Assembly: GCF_009834535.1 (NCBI RefSeq)
Contig: NC_045696.1
Coordinates: 11,348,001 to 11,412,000, forward strand
Direction of reading: 5' to 3'
DNA from: Camelus ferus
Taxonomy: Eukaryota
Length of the DNA: 64,000 bases
The notes below the pieces were generated by a model, which saw only the letters and a list, made by a program, of their open reading frames with translations, had not been told where the DNA came from and did not search any database. Both the position numbers and the translations under genes were made by a program. Shown here one piece after another: positions 62,184-64,000 of this stretch (positions within the stretch are counted from its first letter, which is position 1; each line of letters starts with the position of its first letter).

Positions 62184-62489
62184 CTGTTCCTTACTCTGTG
62201 CAAAGAATTCTGCTAGACCTTAGGATTTACAAAAGAATAAGACCTAGTTCCTGCCCTTAGAGGAGCTTGGATTCTAGTGGTGGGGTCATGTTGTAAACTT
62301 AAAACTACAAACTCCATGTGTTCAATGAGGGAAATAGCCAAAAATCTGATTCAGCTGGAGAGGGCATCTTGGAGGGAGTGACATTTAGTTAAGTAGGGAT
62401 TTGTTAAGCAGAAAATGGGGGAGAAGGAGGGCATTCCAGATAGAGAAGCAAAGATGAGCAACAGCATTGGGGTAGGTTGGGCAGTTAAT

Positions 62490-62830
62490 GATCATAATCC
62501 TTGGGTTAATCTGGAGTCCAAATCATGTTTGCAAGGTGTGTTCCCAACTTTTGTCACAATCAATTCTCCAGCAACCTTATGAGGTAGGGAGGGTGATGCC
62601 AGGAAAGGAAATGTGGCATTTGCTCAGAGGCACAAATGACACCAAACAGTTCACGTCTTTTGAGCCCTCACTCTGTGGCGGATAGAGCCATCCTTGCAGG
62701 CACCACTCCTACTTTCTGGATGAGAAAATAGAGACTTAGAGAGTTAATGAACTCACCCAGGGTCACACACCAGCAGGTGACAAAGATCAGCACCAGTCTT
62801 CGAGCCCAGCCCAGAATAGATACACCCCAG
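62490..62830 (-). mobile_element. MIR fragments
   Basis: CAGCAACCTTATGAGGTAGG; GATGAGAAAATAGAGACTTAGAGAGTTAATGAACTCACCCAGGGTCACAC. Confidence 0.72.
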
Positions 62831-64000
62831 TTCTTTTCGGTTGATTGGAGAGGACGAGCTTGGATGATGAAGTTGGCAGCGGTCCCAACACTGGAGTTTA
62901 AACCTTGAGTTTCAGCTTCCTCTTTGAGTAAAGATTTCCTATGAGTCGCTCTCAGATGAGTAGACAGGCTGTCCTGAGGAGATGCTATGAGCAACAAAAC
63001 AGGCAAAGCAACCCCCGGCCCAGGAGAGATGTCGCAGCTGCCGAACGCACCTACTCCCGTAACAGCCTCACGTTCTTTGTTCCCCCGCGCTCGCTCCCAT
63101 TCCCTTCTCTCTCCAGATGGATTTTATAAACAAGATAAAATCGAGACTTAAAAGCTAAACAGACTCCACGAGGTCTCTTTCACTGGCCAGGGCAGCCCAG
63201 CACTATTTTTCCAGATGTTTTTTGGGGCCCATGTCTAGGAGGGGCCAGAGGTAAGGAGGGCGGGGAGGAAGCTAGGGCTGGAAGAGCAAGGGGGGGCTCA
63301 GGACCAGGTGAGGGCAGGGAGATCTGCATCCCCTGAACCAGCACTGTGCCTCCTTATCTTCATGTTTTATGACCAGAACCACCCCCACTTTCCTCCTCCC
63401 TCTGCCCCAGTAACCCACCCAGCATCCTGACCGCTCTCTTCCCAGTAAGGGGAGGCAGTAGGTCAGCCCCATACATCACCCTCAAATGCAGGCCCACAAC
63501 GTTCCCATCATCTGCTGGGAACACGTACCCCGAGGCTGGGCAGGGATGGGCCAACCCCTGGGCTGCAGAAGGGACCAGGCTACCCTGTGTGCACTGGAGG
63601 AGGCTGGGCAAGGGATGGAGGCCCCAGGCGGCAGTGGTTGTGGGGCCAGGGCCTGCTGTGAGTCCCAGTTTCCTTTCTCTCTTACTAAGTGAGGCTTGCA
63701 GCGTAAAATAGGCTGCAGGTCAGTATCAAACTGTGAAACCACCAGGGCATTAAGACCAAAACCTTCATATTTTACTGTTTAAACTTGGTGGGGGGAAAAG
63801 GCAAAACTGCCATTGGACTGGCAATTTAAGCAAGTTCACTACATGTCGGTATCACGACTGCAGGGCAAGAGAAATGCTGTGACAGGCAACTATAAAAATA
63901 GTTTAAAAAAAAAAAAAAAGGTGAAGAAGAAGAACCAGTGAAAGACCAGGCTGGGATGTGAACGCTAGGCAGTCTGGTCTAAGCGTCTGTAACCTTACCC

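Noticed and set aside
63828..63848. p53-like site AAGCAAGTTC-A-CTACATGTCG
   Set aside because: Only one half-site is perfect and the second has three mismatches. Such matches are common in 64 kb.
1..64000. A novel multi-gene biological system, or a named host gene or locus
   Set aside because: I found no supportable coding exons, RNA genes or diagnostic sequence to name the locus. A synteny search would be needed.

Overview
This is mammalian nuclear DNA, most likely from a camelid (alpaca, llama or camel). The assignment rests on a Vic-1-type tRNA-derived SINE at 32412-32600, young Cetartiodactyla-type L1 3' ends, and no recognisable Alu, B1/B2, Bov-A/Bov-B, CHR or PRE-1 SINEs. I found no credible protein-coding gene, RNA gene, CRISPR array or operon-like system. 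The only ORFs with recognisable homology are frameshifted L1 ORF2 fragments, and there is one decayed hAT transposase remnant outside the ORF track. Most of the window is a fossil record of transposable elements: L1, HAL1, L2, L3/CR1, MIR, MaLR/ERVL/ERV1 solo LTRs and hAT DNA elements, often nested and several with readable target-site duplications (TSDs). A few repeat-poor stretches could be regulatory. Sequence becomes visibly more GC/CpG-rich from about 55.7 kb. The most notable observations are: (1) a double fold-back rearrangement inside the (TA)n tract of a young L1 (7935-8076); (2) a MaLR LTR whose 3' half is strongly shifted from A/T to G/C, suggesting GC-biased gene conversion (about 60150-60370); (3) a multi-layer nested insertion at 50.6-52.85 kb; and (4) a near-full-length HAL1. 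I did not find a previously undescribed biological system that I can support. Repeat family names come from my recall of consensus sequences, not from a database search. Subfamily calls, and boundaries without TSDs, are approximate.
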